This document shows positions 50,558 through 61,987 of a stretch of 64,000 nt of DNA, piece after piece (the first letter of the stretch is position 1; every line of letters begins with the position of its first letter). Below the pieces are notes generated by a model. It did no database searches. It was not told the origin of the DNA and saw only the letters and a list, made by a program, of their open reading frames with translations. The DNA is from an uncultured Gemmatimonadaceae bacterium (GTDB lineage Bacteria > Gemmatimonadota > Gemmatimonadetes > Gemmatimonadales > Gemmatimonadaceae). The position numbers and the translations under genes were made by a program. Location of the stretch: positions 352,001-416,000 of the forward strand of contig CAWBOC010000006.1 of assembly GCA_963790305.1 (NCBI GenBank). Direction: 5' to 3'.

Positions 50558-51055
50558 TCATCGCCTATCAACGGCGCCCAGGATCGTCTCCAGATCCGCG
50601 CGCTCGAATTGATTCGAGCCGACGAACATGAAGCGGATAGCACGCGTGAGGCCGTCGATCAGAAATGACGCGGGCCGCGCCATGTTCACGGCGTCGATGC
50701 CGATCGGATGCCAGACACCATAGCGCTTGATCACGGCGCGATCCTCATCACAGAGGATGGGAAACGGCAGCTGTGCGGAGCTCTTCGCCATACCCGCCGC
50801 AATGCCGGCGCACCGCTGCCCGAGAATCATTGCGACCGCGATGTCGCGCTCCCGAAGCTTGTCGTGACCTCCTCGCAGCTCACCGAGCTGCCCTCGACAG
50901 TTGGGTCACCACATCCCGCGATGAAAGACCAACAGAAGGCCACGTCGGTCTCGCAGCAGATCGGTGAGTGAGCGAGACTCGCCGGTCGCGGCATCGCGAA
51001 GCTGAAATTCAGGAGCGGCGTCGCCGAGGTGCAGCGTCGTACTCGGACGCGACAT
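50558..51055 (-). CDS. AhpC/TSA (peroxiredoxin-like) selenoprotein, UxxC motif, 165 aa
   Basis: [21 protein letters not shown]...LLLVFHRGMW-TGA(50908-50906)-PNCRGQL...LPFPILCD...RPASFLID; one frame throughout; ATG overlaps the upstream TGA. Confidence 0.9.
50875..50891 (-). promoter_or_regulatory. Putative bacterial SECIS hairpin
   Basis: GCAGCUC-GGU-GAGCUGC starting 15 nt after the UGA, with G in the apical loop. Confidence 0.7.
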
Positions 51056-52606
51056 CAGAGCGGGATGTTGCCGTGCTTTTTGGGCGGATTCTGATCGCGC
51101 TTCGCCCTGAGCGTGTCCAGCGCGTCGATGAGGCGCGGGCGCGTCTCGCGTGGATCGATGATGTCGTCGACGAATCCCCGGCCCGCCGCAATGTACGGGT
51201 GCGCGAACTTCGCGCGGTACTCTTCCATTCTCCGCTCCGTCTCACCCTCGGGATTGCTGCTCCCGGCGATCTCCTTTCGGTTCAGAATCTCCACCGCGCC
51301 CTTGGGGCCCATGACGGCAATCTCCGCCGTTGGCCACGCCACGTTGTAATCGCCTCGAATGTGCCTCGAGGACATGACGTCGTACGCCCCGCCGTAGGCC
51401 TTACGGGTAATGACCGTCAGCTTGGGAACGGTCGCCTCGCAATACGCGTAGAGCAGCTTGGCTCCATGTTTGATGATCCCGCCATGTTCCTGTGTCACAC
51501 CGGGGAGGAATCCCGGCACGTCCTCGAAGGTGAGCAGCGGGATGTTGAACGCGTCGCAGAAGCGAATGAATCGCGCGCCCTTGAGCGATGCGCTGATGTC
51601 GAGCACGCCGGCGAGCACCGCCGGCTGGTTGGCGACGATCCCGATGCTGTACCCTCCGAGGTGCGCGAATCCGCACAGGATGTTCTGCGCGTAGTCGCGA
51701 TGCACTTCGTAGAACTCGCCATCGTCGACGACGCGCCGAATGACCTCATGCATGTCATACGGCTTGTTCGCATGATCGGGAACGACGTCGAGCAACGTTT
51801 CGTCCCGTCGGTCGCGCGGATCGGTCCCGCGTCCGCGGGGCGGGTCGCTGAGGTTGTTCGACGGGACGAAGCGGAACAGGTCGCGGATCGCGGCGAGACA
51901 CGCCACCTCGGAATCATGAACGAAATGCGCGACACCGGAGACGCTGGCATGCGTATCGGCACCGCCGAGCTGCTCCATGGTGACGTCTTCATGCGTCACG
52001 GTCTTCACCACGTTCGGCCCGGTGACGAACATGTAGGACGTGCCGCGCACCATGTAGATGAAGTCGGTGATCGCGGGGGAATAGACCGCGCCCCCCGCGC
52101 ACGGGCCGAGGACCGCCGAGATCTGCGGGATGACCCCGGAGAACAGCGTGTTGCGCAGGAAGATGTCGGCGTAGCCGCCCAGGGACACTACCCCTTCCTG
52201 AATGCGCGCTCCACCGGAATCGTTGAGCCCGATGATCGGCGCACCATTTCGCGCCGCGAGATCCATCACTTTGCAGATCTTCTCGGCGTGGGTCTCGGAG
52301 AGCGACCCTCCAAAGACGGTGAAATCCTGAGAGAAAACGTAGACGAGGCGTCCGTCGATGCGGCCGTGGCCGGTGACGACGCCGTCGCCGTAGATGGGGC
52401 CTTCGTCCCCGTTGCGCACTGTCGGACCGCGACACCGCGAAGCGGTCGAGCTCGGTGAAGCTGCCTTCATCGAGGAGCACGTCGAGACGCTCACGCGCGG
52501 AGAGCTTCCCTTTCGCATGCTGCGCCTTGAGGCGTTCGGCGCCCCCGCCCAGCTCGGCTGCCGCGCGCCGGCGCTCGAGCAGCTCCAGCTTCTCTCGCAT
52601 CGTCAT
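51055..52606 (-). CDS. Acyl-CoA carboxylase carboxyltransferase beta subunit, PccB-like (frameshift near 52410-52440)
   Basis: GKLSARERL in one frame; [41 protein letters not shown] in the next. Confidence 0.92.
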
Positions 52607-52660
52607 GGAGGGCGAAAGCTAGCGTGGCCAATTCGAGTTTGTGAGTAGCAGAGCGCTTTT

Positions 52661-52782
52661 GCGGGGGCCACGGAGAGCCTGAACCGCCGGATGACCCGAA
52701 TGACACGAATGGCTCCCCGAGCACAGGGAGCCATTCGTGTCATTCGTGTTACGCGGCAGTTCGGGCGGTCCGTGGCCCCTGC
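52661..52782. repeat. Long hairpin with tandem 9-nt ACACGAATG-like units
   Basis: ggggccacgga...gacccgaatgacacgaatggctccc / gggagccattcgtgtcattcgtgtt...tccgtggcccc. Confidence 0.85.
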
Positions 52783-52791
52783 CACCCGGAA

Positions 52792-53577
52792 CTATCTGTT
52801 GAGTGTGTTATCCAGGAACGGCCGGTTGGTCGCCGTCGTCGACTTGACTGTGGTGTCCCCGCGGGCGCTGATCGAGTAGACGCTTCCGTCGAGAAGAGAC
52901 ATCGGCTCTCGTGACGGCGCTCGTCGTCAATCCGGCATAGCGCGCGCTCAGGTCATACACGCCCGTTCGGTACAGCCGTGAATGCACCTGCGCTCTTGTA
53001 GGCAACCACCCCGCCAATCGCGATCTCAGGCCCGGTCGTTCCCACGCGCACATACAGTGTCATCGGCCGCGAGTTCGAGATCGCGTTGACGAATCGGACG
53101 TGGGCGACGGCGTAGTCGAATTGCGGCGGGGAACGGATCTTCGACGATGAACGCCTCGACGGTCTTCGTGGTGGAGTTGTAGAATCCGCTCTGGTAGAAG
53201 GAGTAGTTCTTGCCGGCCTCGATCGTCGTCTGAACGCTCGAGATCGCGAGATCCTTGTCGGTGGTGGCCGAGATCTTGCCGGAGAACGTGTACTGGCCGG
53301 GTGCGACGGTCGCAGTACAGTCCGCCGGACCCAACGTTCGCCGTACGTCACTCCCGTCGTCGATTCCACGCCCGTGGCGGAGGTGATCGCCGTCATCTTC
53401 GTGTTGTCGGCGTAGAAATTCACTCCCGGTGCATTCACGCCGAAGTTGAAGAACTTGATACGCGCCTCGGGAGTCAAGCCCGTGATGCTCCTGAACGGCG
53501 TTCTTGTCGCACGAGGAGAGCGCGGCCGCACAGAGCAGCCCCGCGAGCACTCGATATCGCATCATGTCGGGATTCAT
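52792..53577 (-). CDS. DUF4397-like lipoprotein (several frameshifts)
   Basis: LSSC lipobox; ARIKFFNFGVNAPGVNFY and AHVRFVNAI repeats across frames; ends RPFLDNTLNR*. Confidence 0.65.
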
Positions 53578-55166
53578 GGCTCAGTGATCCAGAGCGGCAT
53601 GGTGTGATAGTCCAGCGCCAGTCCGCCGATCACCTCCAGGGCCGGGCGATTCCACACGTATTCCGAGTTGAATCTCGGCCTGATGCGCTGCACGACCTTG
53701 CCGCCGTTGTCAGGATAGAGATTCGTCGGAGGGGCGAAACCTGGGAAGACCTGCAGTGCCACTCGCCGGATCGATGTCGGTGTAGTGATACCGGCGCATG
53801 TCCATCCACAGCTCGTTGTGCCCCCACGCCCACTGCGCGATGTACTTCTGGGACATGATGTGGGTCAATGTCAGGGCCGACGCTGCCGGAACGATCGCGG
53901 GGTTGGCGAGGAAGGCCGCCTTTTCCGCGGCGGTGATCTGCGTCGGCGTCTGGCCAGTCGTCGCCGTTCCTCGCGTTCACGAAATCGATATGGGAGGAGA
54001 TCCCGTTCGTATACGCGGTCAGGGCAGTGCGCGGTCCCCAGCGAGGTACGCCGCTTCGGCCTTGATGAACTGCAGCTGCGAGTAAGTCATGGCCGGCAGC
54101 TTCGCCTTGTCGTCGAACAGATAGCGACCAGGGAGCTGAACCCCGCCGGTACCGATATACCCGTGAGGATTGTTGGGCCGCTGGAGCGAGTCGAGCGCGC
54201 CGAAGCCAATGACGTTGATGTTGAGGCCGCGGTACTGACCGTCGGGCGACGGCGACAACATCCGAGTCATGCGTGGGTCGACGACGCCGCCGAACGCGGT
54301 TCCGTTCATGAGGCCAACGACGAACTGCGTCTGCCGATAGCTCGGGAAGTTCGCTCTGGTACGGCCGAGGAAATTGATGTCGTCGTTCTGCGTGTTCGGA
54401 TAGGTCAGCAGCGCATCGTCCGCGTTGCTCGCGAACGAGTTGTTGACGGCCTCGATCACCGCATCCGGATCGTAGGATGACTTGTTCGTGTAGTGGTTCA
54501 GGTTGATGGCGAGCAATCCGTACGCGAACTTCAACCACTTCGTGCGATCCCCGTTGTAGATCTTGTCGCCTCGCGCGAGGAACGGCATGTCGACCGCGCC
54601 ATCGGTGCGCTGGAGCAGCACGATCGCGCTGTCCAGGAGGCGCCGGACCTCTTCGTACGCGAACTCCTGCGTCGTCGTAGTTGAAGGCGAACTTCGATGG
54701 GTCGATGGCCTCCTTCACGATGATCTCGCCATGAAGGTCGGTGAGATTCTGCCAGCCCCAGGCTTTGAGGATGTAGCCGACGCCGAGGAGGTCCCAGCGC
54801 TCCTCTGCCCGGGCGATGTTCATCATGTCGACCAGGTTCTGCCCGAACGACCAGTACACATCGCGCCACTGTTGCCCGCCGTTGTCGCTCGACGGATCGT
54901 AGCCCATCCGATCCCAGGTGCCGAGGACGGTCCCGGTCAACGTCAGCTGCTGCGTATAGCGCACGACGAAGCGGCCGTCGAACTGCGGCCCCGTCACCAG
55001 CCAGTGCAGCATCGGCGGCAGGTACAGGTTTGCCGCGACGGTCTCCGGGGCGTTCGGGTTCGTATTGACGTCGAGGAAATCGCTCGCAGCCAGCCGCCAC
55101 GCTCACCAGGCCGGCGACGGCTACAGCTCTCGCAAGTCTCATTGGGGTTCCGCGGAATGTTCTCAT
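53574..55166 (-). CDS. SusD/RagB-family nutrient-binding lipoprotein (several frameshifts)
   Basis: AAGC lipobox; LTDLHGEI, IYNGDRTKWLKFAY, QFIKAEA fragments; follows susC. Confidence 0.8.
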
Positions 55167-55168
55167 CG

Positions 55169-58100
55169 TCAGAATCCCACCCGGAGGCCGAAGTTGAAGC
55201 CGCGCGGCATGGGGAAGTTGCCGAAGTCGATCCCGGCGCCCCCCGATCCTCCGACGGCGGCGCTATTGCCGTTCACGATCGGATCGAGCCCGGAGTAGTT
55301 GGTGATCAGCAAGAGATCCGTTGCCGGTGAGGAACACGCTCGCGTTCCTGCAGCAAGCGCTCTGGCAGGGCGTAGTTCACCGTCACGTCGCGAAGGCGGA
55401 ACCAGTTGATGTCCTTCTCGATGAAGAGCTCCTCGCTGATGGGCGTGTAGTAGTCGTCTGAACCGCCGGGAGTGACCACGATGTTGTTGCGGGTCGGGGT
55501 GGCGCTGTTCTCCTTCCCGTCGCGCAGGACGCCCTCGATCACGCGCGGCTCGTTGCGATCGAGCGTGCGCATGGTGAGACCGCTGGCGGTGAGGAAGTGC
55601 TCGGTGGCGTTGAAGACATCGCCGCCCTTCCGGAGGTCGATCAGGAAGCTGAGGGAAGCCCGTTTGTACCTGAGCGTATTCGTGACGCCCATGGTGAAGT
55701 CGGGCTGCCGATCGTAGCCCGCGTCGATGAACACGGTCGAGCGGAGCGGAAGGCCCGATGTCGGATCGATGAGGAGCTTCCCCTCGTTGTTGCGCAGGTA
55801 GAAAAGGCCGGTGAGCGAGCGCGTCGAAAGACCCGGTGCGGTGCCGTTGCGCACGTTGCCGAAAAGCCACGTATCGGAGACGTAGGACTCCGGCAATGCA
55901 TTGGGCAGCGCCAGGACTTTCCCGCGCGACCGGTCGAAGTTGGCCAACACATCCCACGAGAAGCTGCCGCGCAGTGACCGGCGTCCCGCGCAGCGTGATT
56001 TCCAGACCCTCGTTTCTCGTGACGGCGCCGTTGAGGTTGAAGAGGATGAAGCCGGTCGCGTAGCTGCCGCGGATGTCGTTGACGATCTGGTCCTTGGTCT
56101 GCTTGCGGTACACGGTCGCGTCGATGCCGAGCCGGTCGTTCAGGAAGCCGAGCTCGGTGCCGAACTCGTACGATCTGCGCGAACTCCGGCTTGAGGCCGA
56201 GGTTCGGTCCCGTGAAGCCGTAGCCATAGCCGCCAAAGGCGGTCGACTTGAACTCGAGCGACGGTCGGTAGGCATAGGGACGCGCGTCCTTGCCGACCTC
56301 GGCGTAGGCGGCCCTGAGCTTGCCGGTCATGAATCGACCGATACTGCGGAAACGCGTCGGAGAAGATGAAGCTCGTCGAGACGCGACGGATAGAAGAACG
56401 AGTTGCGCGCCGATCGGGAATCGTCGAGGTCCAGTCGTTCCGGCCGGTGACGGTCACGTACAGGTACTTGCTTGTAAGTCGACGCGTCGCGCTGCCGAAG
56501 AGGCTGAGCGAGGCGCCGTTGCTGAGATGGTCGTCCGATTCGAACCGCAGGTTCGTGTTGTTGACCGAGACGAAGTTCGGCTCGAGGAAGTCCTGCCCCT
56601 TGAGCGCATCCGTCGTCGACTTGATGTCGGAGATCGCGTTGCCGACAAGGCCGCTGACCGGCAATGTCGCTCGTGAGTGCGCGGCTGTTGATGTTGAGCA
56701 GCGTCTGTGCGTTGATGTTGCGCGTGATGTCGTTCGCCACGTCGAGAATGCCGTTGACGGCGATTCCCAGCGCGCTCTCCGGGCTGCGCAGGATCTGGTT
56801 CTGGTTCGTGTAGCGTCGGTGCCAATGTTGGTCTTGATGCTGCCCCACGAGAACGGCGTCAACGTGAGGCCGAGGTTCGTCATGATCCGGTTGTTCTGCG
56901 AGTTGACTGGTTCTTCTCGACGTTGAAGTACGGGTTGTCGACTTCGGAGGCCGCGGCCAGAGTCGTGAGGCGGCGCCTGGTGCCTGCCGGCGTCAGGTAG
57001 TCCTTCGCGTTGTCGGTCTGCTGGCCACACCAGCAGCCCGAGCAGCGGACCGCCCGCGCCCTTGTACGGTTGATCGTTGTCGGCGTAGGTGTAGCCCATC
57101 GACAGGTCGGCGTTCAGCCAGTTGGTTGACCTGCGCCTGCGAAGCTCCCGTCAGGTTGATCCGGTCGTAGTTCGAGTTCGGAATGACCCCTTCCTGATTG
57201 GTGAGCGAGGTGGCCAGGCGGTAGTTGATCCGGTTGTCGGCGGCGGCACCGCTGAACGAGAGGTTGTGCTTCTGCGTCAACGCCGTCTGGAAGAAGCCAT
57301 CGATGTTATCGTAGAAACTGCGTGCCCGGTGCGTACGGCGCGCCGAAGTAGAGGAACGTGGTGCTGCCGACCGCAGCGTCGGTCCGTAGACCCGCTGGAT
57401 CTCCGGCCGGGCATTGGTCCTCTCGAGCCGGAAGCTGTTGCTGTACTCGAGCCCGCCCACCCCCGACTTGCCGCGCTTGGTCGTGATGACGATGGCGCCG
57501 TTCGCGGCATCGATTCCGTACAGGGCAGACGCCTCGGGGCCCTTCAGCACCGACGAGACTCTCGATGTCTTCGGGGTTGATGTCGGCGGCGCGATTCGTG
57601 AAGTCGACGCCGCGATTGCTGAACGCCGTCGCCGACCCGGCGCGTCCGAGGCAAGGACGCCGGTGTTGAGCGTCTTGTTGTCCATCGGCAGCCCGTCGAT
57701 GATCATCAGCGGCTGGTTGCTGCTGCTGATCGAGCTGATGCCTCTGATGGTGATCGACGACGACGCGCCGGGAACGCCCGAGCTGCTCGTCACCTCGACG
57801 CCGGCGACTCGCCCCTGCAGCGCGTTGACGAAGTTCTCTCGCTGCGTCTGAGCGATATCGGAGCCTTGCACCGTCTGCTGAGCGGTTCCCAAGCGCCCGT
57901 TGCTCCATGGTCTGGCCTAACGCCGTGACCACGACCTCGTCGAGCTGCGGTCGCGACCCGGCGAAGCGCAACGTTGATCACGTCGTCCGCCCCGACCGTG
58001 CGCTCCTCGGGCGCGTTGCCGATGAGCCGGAACTGGAGCACCTGGCCCTGAGCGACGCGAAGCGAATAGTTGCCTTCGTTGTTGCTCGCCGTACCGGTGA

Positions 58101-58245
58101 TGGTTCCCTTGATGACGACCGATACTCCGGCCAGAGGATCCCCCTGCTCGCTGGTGACCCTGCCGGTGACTGTCTTGACCTGTGCAACCGCTTGAGCGGT
58201 CAACAGGAACAGTCCCATGAGCACCATGACGAATTTTGTTTTCAT
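55169..58245 (-). CDS. SusC/RagA-family TonB-dependent transporter (many frameshifts)
   Basis: VTGRVT...GVSVVIKGT, LDEVVVTALG, LQGRVAGV, VLKGPEASALYG, NGAIVITTK, PRGFNFGLRVGF across frames. Confidence 0.88.
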
Positions 58246-58383
58246 AACGAGGTGTACCGGGTGTTGGAGGACAGCGAGGAGAGCTCCGGGCGCATGCACG
58301 CCAAGCGCACACGACGAGTGCACGCGTTTCGATATCCGAGGGCGAGCGCGGGGCCCAGCGGACACAGGGGACGACCGCGATTA

Positions 58384-58397
58384 GTGACTGCGGTCAC
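58384..58397. promoter_or_regulatory. Palindromic operator-like site GTGA-N6-TCAC
   Basis: gtgactgcggtcac just downstream of the predicted susC promoter. Confidence 0.4.
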
Positions 58398-58416
58398 CAA
58401 GTTGTGAAGCCGCGCT

Positions 58417-58444
58417 ATATTAGCGCTCGGACCCCGAGATGCAA
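58417..58444 (-). promoter_or_regulatory. Sigma70-type promoter of susC
   Basis: TTGCAT-16-TAATAT. Confidence 0.55.
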
Positions 58445-58452
58445 GGGTTTTG

Positions 58453-60079
58453 TCAGCGCCCCCGAGCGCTGTCGGAGCGCAGCGTGGGATACGTGATGCC
58501 GAGCTGCTCCAGATACGTGCGATGACGTGCCGGGTCGTAGTAGAACCGGCGCATCGCCGGGCGGAAGCGCGCCATCGTCGCCTCGTTCATCTCTATCGGT
58601 GCCTTATCGGTGGGGCGAATGACGGGCGCATACTTCACCTCCTTCGTCTGCACGTCGCGAAAATACGCCCATGCGCTGTCGGTAAGCGCAGGCGACGCGA
58701 TGAGATCGAGGACGGTCATCGCCATCGCCTTCGCCCCGGCGGTCGCGCCCTTGTGCGCAATCGGCGTGGCCATCGCGATCGCATTCGACCAGTGATGTCC
58801 GGGAAGGCCGGGAATGTTCGACGGATACCGCAGCGTGATCGTCGGCACGACCCAGGAGACGTCGCCAATGTCGTCCGAGCCGCCGCCGGGATTGTTATCC
58901 GGATTCACTCCGGTTCCGATCGCGGTGACCGCCGTGTCGAGTCCTCTCTGCCGTCCGCCGACCTCGCGCTGCACCGCCCGAGCGAGAGTGAGGTCCGGCG
59001 CACTCCACGTCGGCATCCCGACGCGCCGAATGTTCGCATGCATCGCTTCGGCGAGCGGCCGGTTGAAGTGACGCGGCCAGGCTGCACCGAGGACTCGCGA
59101 CTCCACCAGCCTCGTCCCTGACATCATCGCCGCCGCGCGGGCCAGGGTGTCGCCGGCCGCGAACAGCGCGGTGATATGGGGATGATCGGTCTCGCGAAGA
59201 AAATACCAGACGCTGGCGCGGCGGGGCACCACGTTAGGCTGGTCGCCCCCGTTGCGGATGACGTAATGCACCCAATGCTGCGGTCGCAGGTGCTCCCGGC
59301 GGTAGTTCCAGGCGGTGTTGAGCAGCTCGACCGCGTCGAGTGCACTGCGCCCCCGCCACGGCGCGCCGGCGGCATGCGCGGTTTCCCCCTCGAAGGTGTA
59401 TTCGACGCTCACCAGGCCCGTGCCGGTCGGCGCGCCGTACGAGGTCGAGAAATCGCTGTCGACGTGGCTGAAGAGGACGGCATCGACATCCTTGAACAAA
59501 CCGTCCCGAACGAACCAGGCTTTCGAACCCAGCAGCTCCTCGGCGACGCCAGGCCACAGGATGATGGTCCCCGGCAGCTTGTCCCGCTGCATGATGCGCT
59601 TGAGCACGATGGCCGCGGTGATGTTGACCGCCTGCCCGGAGTTGTGCCCCTCTCCATGCCCCGGTGCGCCCTCGACGAGGGGCGCGTGGTACGCGACGCC
59701 CGGCTTCTGGGATGCCTGCGGAATCGCATCGAATGTCCGACCCGAGCGCGATGACCGGCTTGCCGCTTCCCCAGGTCGCCACCCACCCCGTCGGCAGCCC
59801 GTAGACGTTCTGCCTCACGGTGAATCCCTGCTTCCTCAGGATGTCGGTGAGGTAGCGCGACGTCTCGACTTCCTGAAAGCCGAGCTCACCGAAGCTGAAG
59901 ACCATGTCGACCATCTGCTGCGTGAGGGTCGCCTCGGCTTCGATCGCCCGGTTGACTTCACCTTTGAGTGAGTCGAGCCGGGCCGGCCCAATCCGTGGCG
60001 TCGCCTGCGCATGGAGCGCCGGCGGGATGAGGAGGACGAGAAGACTCGTCAGGCAAAATCGAAGGCGCATGGGAGACAT
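58453..60079 (-). CDS. Exported M20-family amidohydrolase, AbgB-like (frameshift near 59735)
   Basis: ELGFQEVETS, GHGEGHN, AEELLG, HAAGAPWRGRSALDA, GDQPNVVP, GSDDIGDVSW. Confidence 0.88.
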
Positions 60080-60174
60080 CAGTCGTAGGTCGTCGATGAG
60101 GAGTCTCGGCGCAAGCAGCCGAGGCCGGACTGGCCGCGGCGATAATAGCGCGAGCACCAATCCAGTGGGAGAGG

Positions 60175-60215
60175 CAAAAGAAAACGGGCGGGCTTCCATG
60201 GGAAGCCCGCCCGTT
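60175..60215 (-). terminator. Intrinsic terminator of rpsA
   Basis: 15-bp perfect stem aacgggcgggcttcc/ggaagcccgcccgtt followed by a U-tract on the minus strand. Confidence 0.85.
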
Positions 60216-60232
60216 GTCATCCATGCTGCCGC

Positions 60233-61987
60233 CTACTCTTCGCCCGCGTGCACCTTCGACGGCGTCTCCGGCCGCGGGGGCTGCTCCTCCGGAACGTTGG
60301 TCACCGCGAGCACAATGCGTCGGTGAATCGGATCCACCTCGAGCACCCGCACGTCGAGATTCATCGTCTCGTACACCGCCTCGGTGACGTCATGAACCGG
60401 CTTGCCCTGCGGCGACAGTTGGCTGATCGGGATGAATCCTTCGATGTCGTTGCCGATGTCGACGACCACACCCTTCTCCATCAGGCGCACGACCTTGCCG
60501 CGCATCTCCGTACCGACGGGGTATGTCTCGCCAATGCGGAGCCACGGATCTTCCTCGGCCTGCTTGAGGCCGAGGCTGATGCGCTTGTTCTCGGCATCGA
60601 TGTTCAGGATGACGACATCGACCGCATCGCCCTTCTTCACCACTTCTGATGGATGCTGGACGCGTTTGGTCCAGGACATATCCGAGATATGGATCAGGCC
60701 ATCGATGCCCGGCTCGATCTCGACGAACGCGCCGAAGCTGGTGAGGTTACGCACCTTGCCGTTGATGCGCGTGCCGACCGGATAGCGGAGCGGCAGCACC
60801 ATCCACGGATCCTGTTCCGTCTGCTTCATGCCGAGCGAGATCTTCTCCTCGTTCGGGTCGACCTTGAGCACGACCGCCTCGATCACCTCGCCAATGGACA
60901 CCAGCTTCGACGGGTGCCTAACGTTGCGCGTCCAGCTCATCTCGCTGATGTGCACGAGGCCTTCGATCCCCGGTTCCAGCTCGACGAACGCGCCGTAGTT
61001 GGTGATCGAGACGACCTTCCCCTGGACGCGAGTGCCGACGGGATACTTGGCGGCGACGTCCTTCCACGGATACGCCTGAAGCTGCTTGAGGCCGAGCGAG
61101 ATACGCTCGCGCTCCCAGTCGATGTCGAGGATCTTCACATCGAGCTCCTGCCCGATGTGCACGAGCTCCGACGGGTGCGAGATGCGGCCCCACGACATGT
61201 CGGTGATGTGGAGCAGGCCGTCGACGCCACCGAGATCGATGAATGCGCCGAAGTCGGTGATGTTCTTGACGACGCCCTTCCGCACCTGATCCTTCTGGAG
61301 CTCCTTCATCAGCTTCTCGCGCTTGCCGGCCCGCTCGACCTCGAGGATCACGCGGCGCGAGACGACGATGTTGCGGCGGCGCTTGTTGAGCTTGATAATC
61401 TTGAACTCGTATTTCTGACCGAGCAGCTCATCGATGTTCGGCACGCGCCGCAGCGCGATCTGCGAGCCGGGGAGGAACGCGTCGACGCCCATGAGGTCGA
61501 CGACGACACCACCCTTGATCTTCTTGACGAGCGTGCCTTCCACCGGCTGGTCGTTCTCGTAGGCGAGACGAATGCGCTCCCACACGCGCATGAAGTCCGC
61601 CTTCTTCTTCGACAGAACGACTGAGCCTTCCTGGTCTTCCAAATGCTCGAGAAGGACCTCGACCTCATCGCCGGGCTTGAGGTCTGGGAGGTCCTTGAAT
61701 TCTTCACGCGGAACGGTGCCCTCGGATTTGAAGCCGATGTCGAGGACGACCATGTTGTCACGGATTTCGAGTACACGGCTCTTGACGATCTCGCCCTCTT
61801 CGATCGAGGCGAGCGTGCCGTTGTACATCTCCATCATGCGCTCGTATTCCTCGGAGGAGTACTCTTCTTCCTCCCAGAGGTCGGCGCGGCGGGCGAGCGG
61901 GCGCAGCTGGTTGTGCTGAGCCACTTTGTTCTTGCGTTCCTTCTCGGTCAATTCGGGTGTAGTCGTCTTGGTGTCGAGCTGGGGCAT
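60233..61987 (-). CDS. rpsA: 30S ribosomal protein S1
   Basis: Tandem S1 domains (DIGFKSEG, FLPGSQI, DFGAFIDLGGVDGLLHI); start uncertain (61987 or 62044). Confidence 0.96.
   Translation of the reverse strand: MPQLDTKTTTPELTEKERKNKVAQHNQLRPLARRADLWEEEEYSSEEYERMMEMYNGTLASIEEGEIVKSRVLEIRDNMVVLDIGFKSEGTVPREEFKDLPDLKPGDEVEVLLEHLEDQEGSVVLSKKKADFMRVWERIRLAYENDQPVEGTLVKKIKGGVVVDLMGVDAFLPGSQIALRRVPNIDELLGQKYEFKIIKLNKRRRNIVVSRRVILEVERAGKREKLMKELQKDQVRKGVVKNITDFGAFIDLGGVDGLLHITDMSWGRISHPSELVHIGQELDVKILDIDWERERISLGLKQLQAYPWKDVAAKYPVGTRVQGKVVSITNYGAFVELEPGIEGLVHISEMSWTRNVRHPSKLVSIGEVIEAVVLKVDPNEEKISLGMKQTEQDPWMVLPLRYPVGTRINGKVRNLTSFGAFVEIEPGIDGLIHISDMSWTKRVQHPSEVVKKGDAVDVVILNIDAENKRISLGLKQAEEDPWLRIGETYPVGTEMRGKVVRLMEKGVVVDIGNDIEGFIPISQLSPQGKPVHDVTEAVYETMNLDVRVLEVDPIHRRIVLAVTNVPEEQPPRPETPSKVHAGEE

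Noticed and set aside
50558..50830. 90-aa ORF from the track as a standalone gene
   Set aside because: It is the C-terminal half of the TGA-readthrough selenoprotein starting at 51055.
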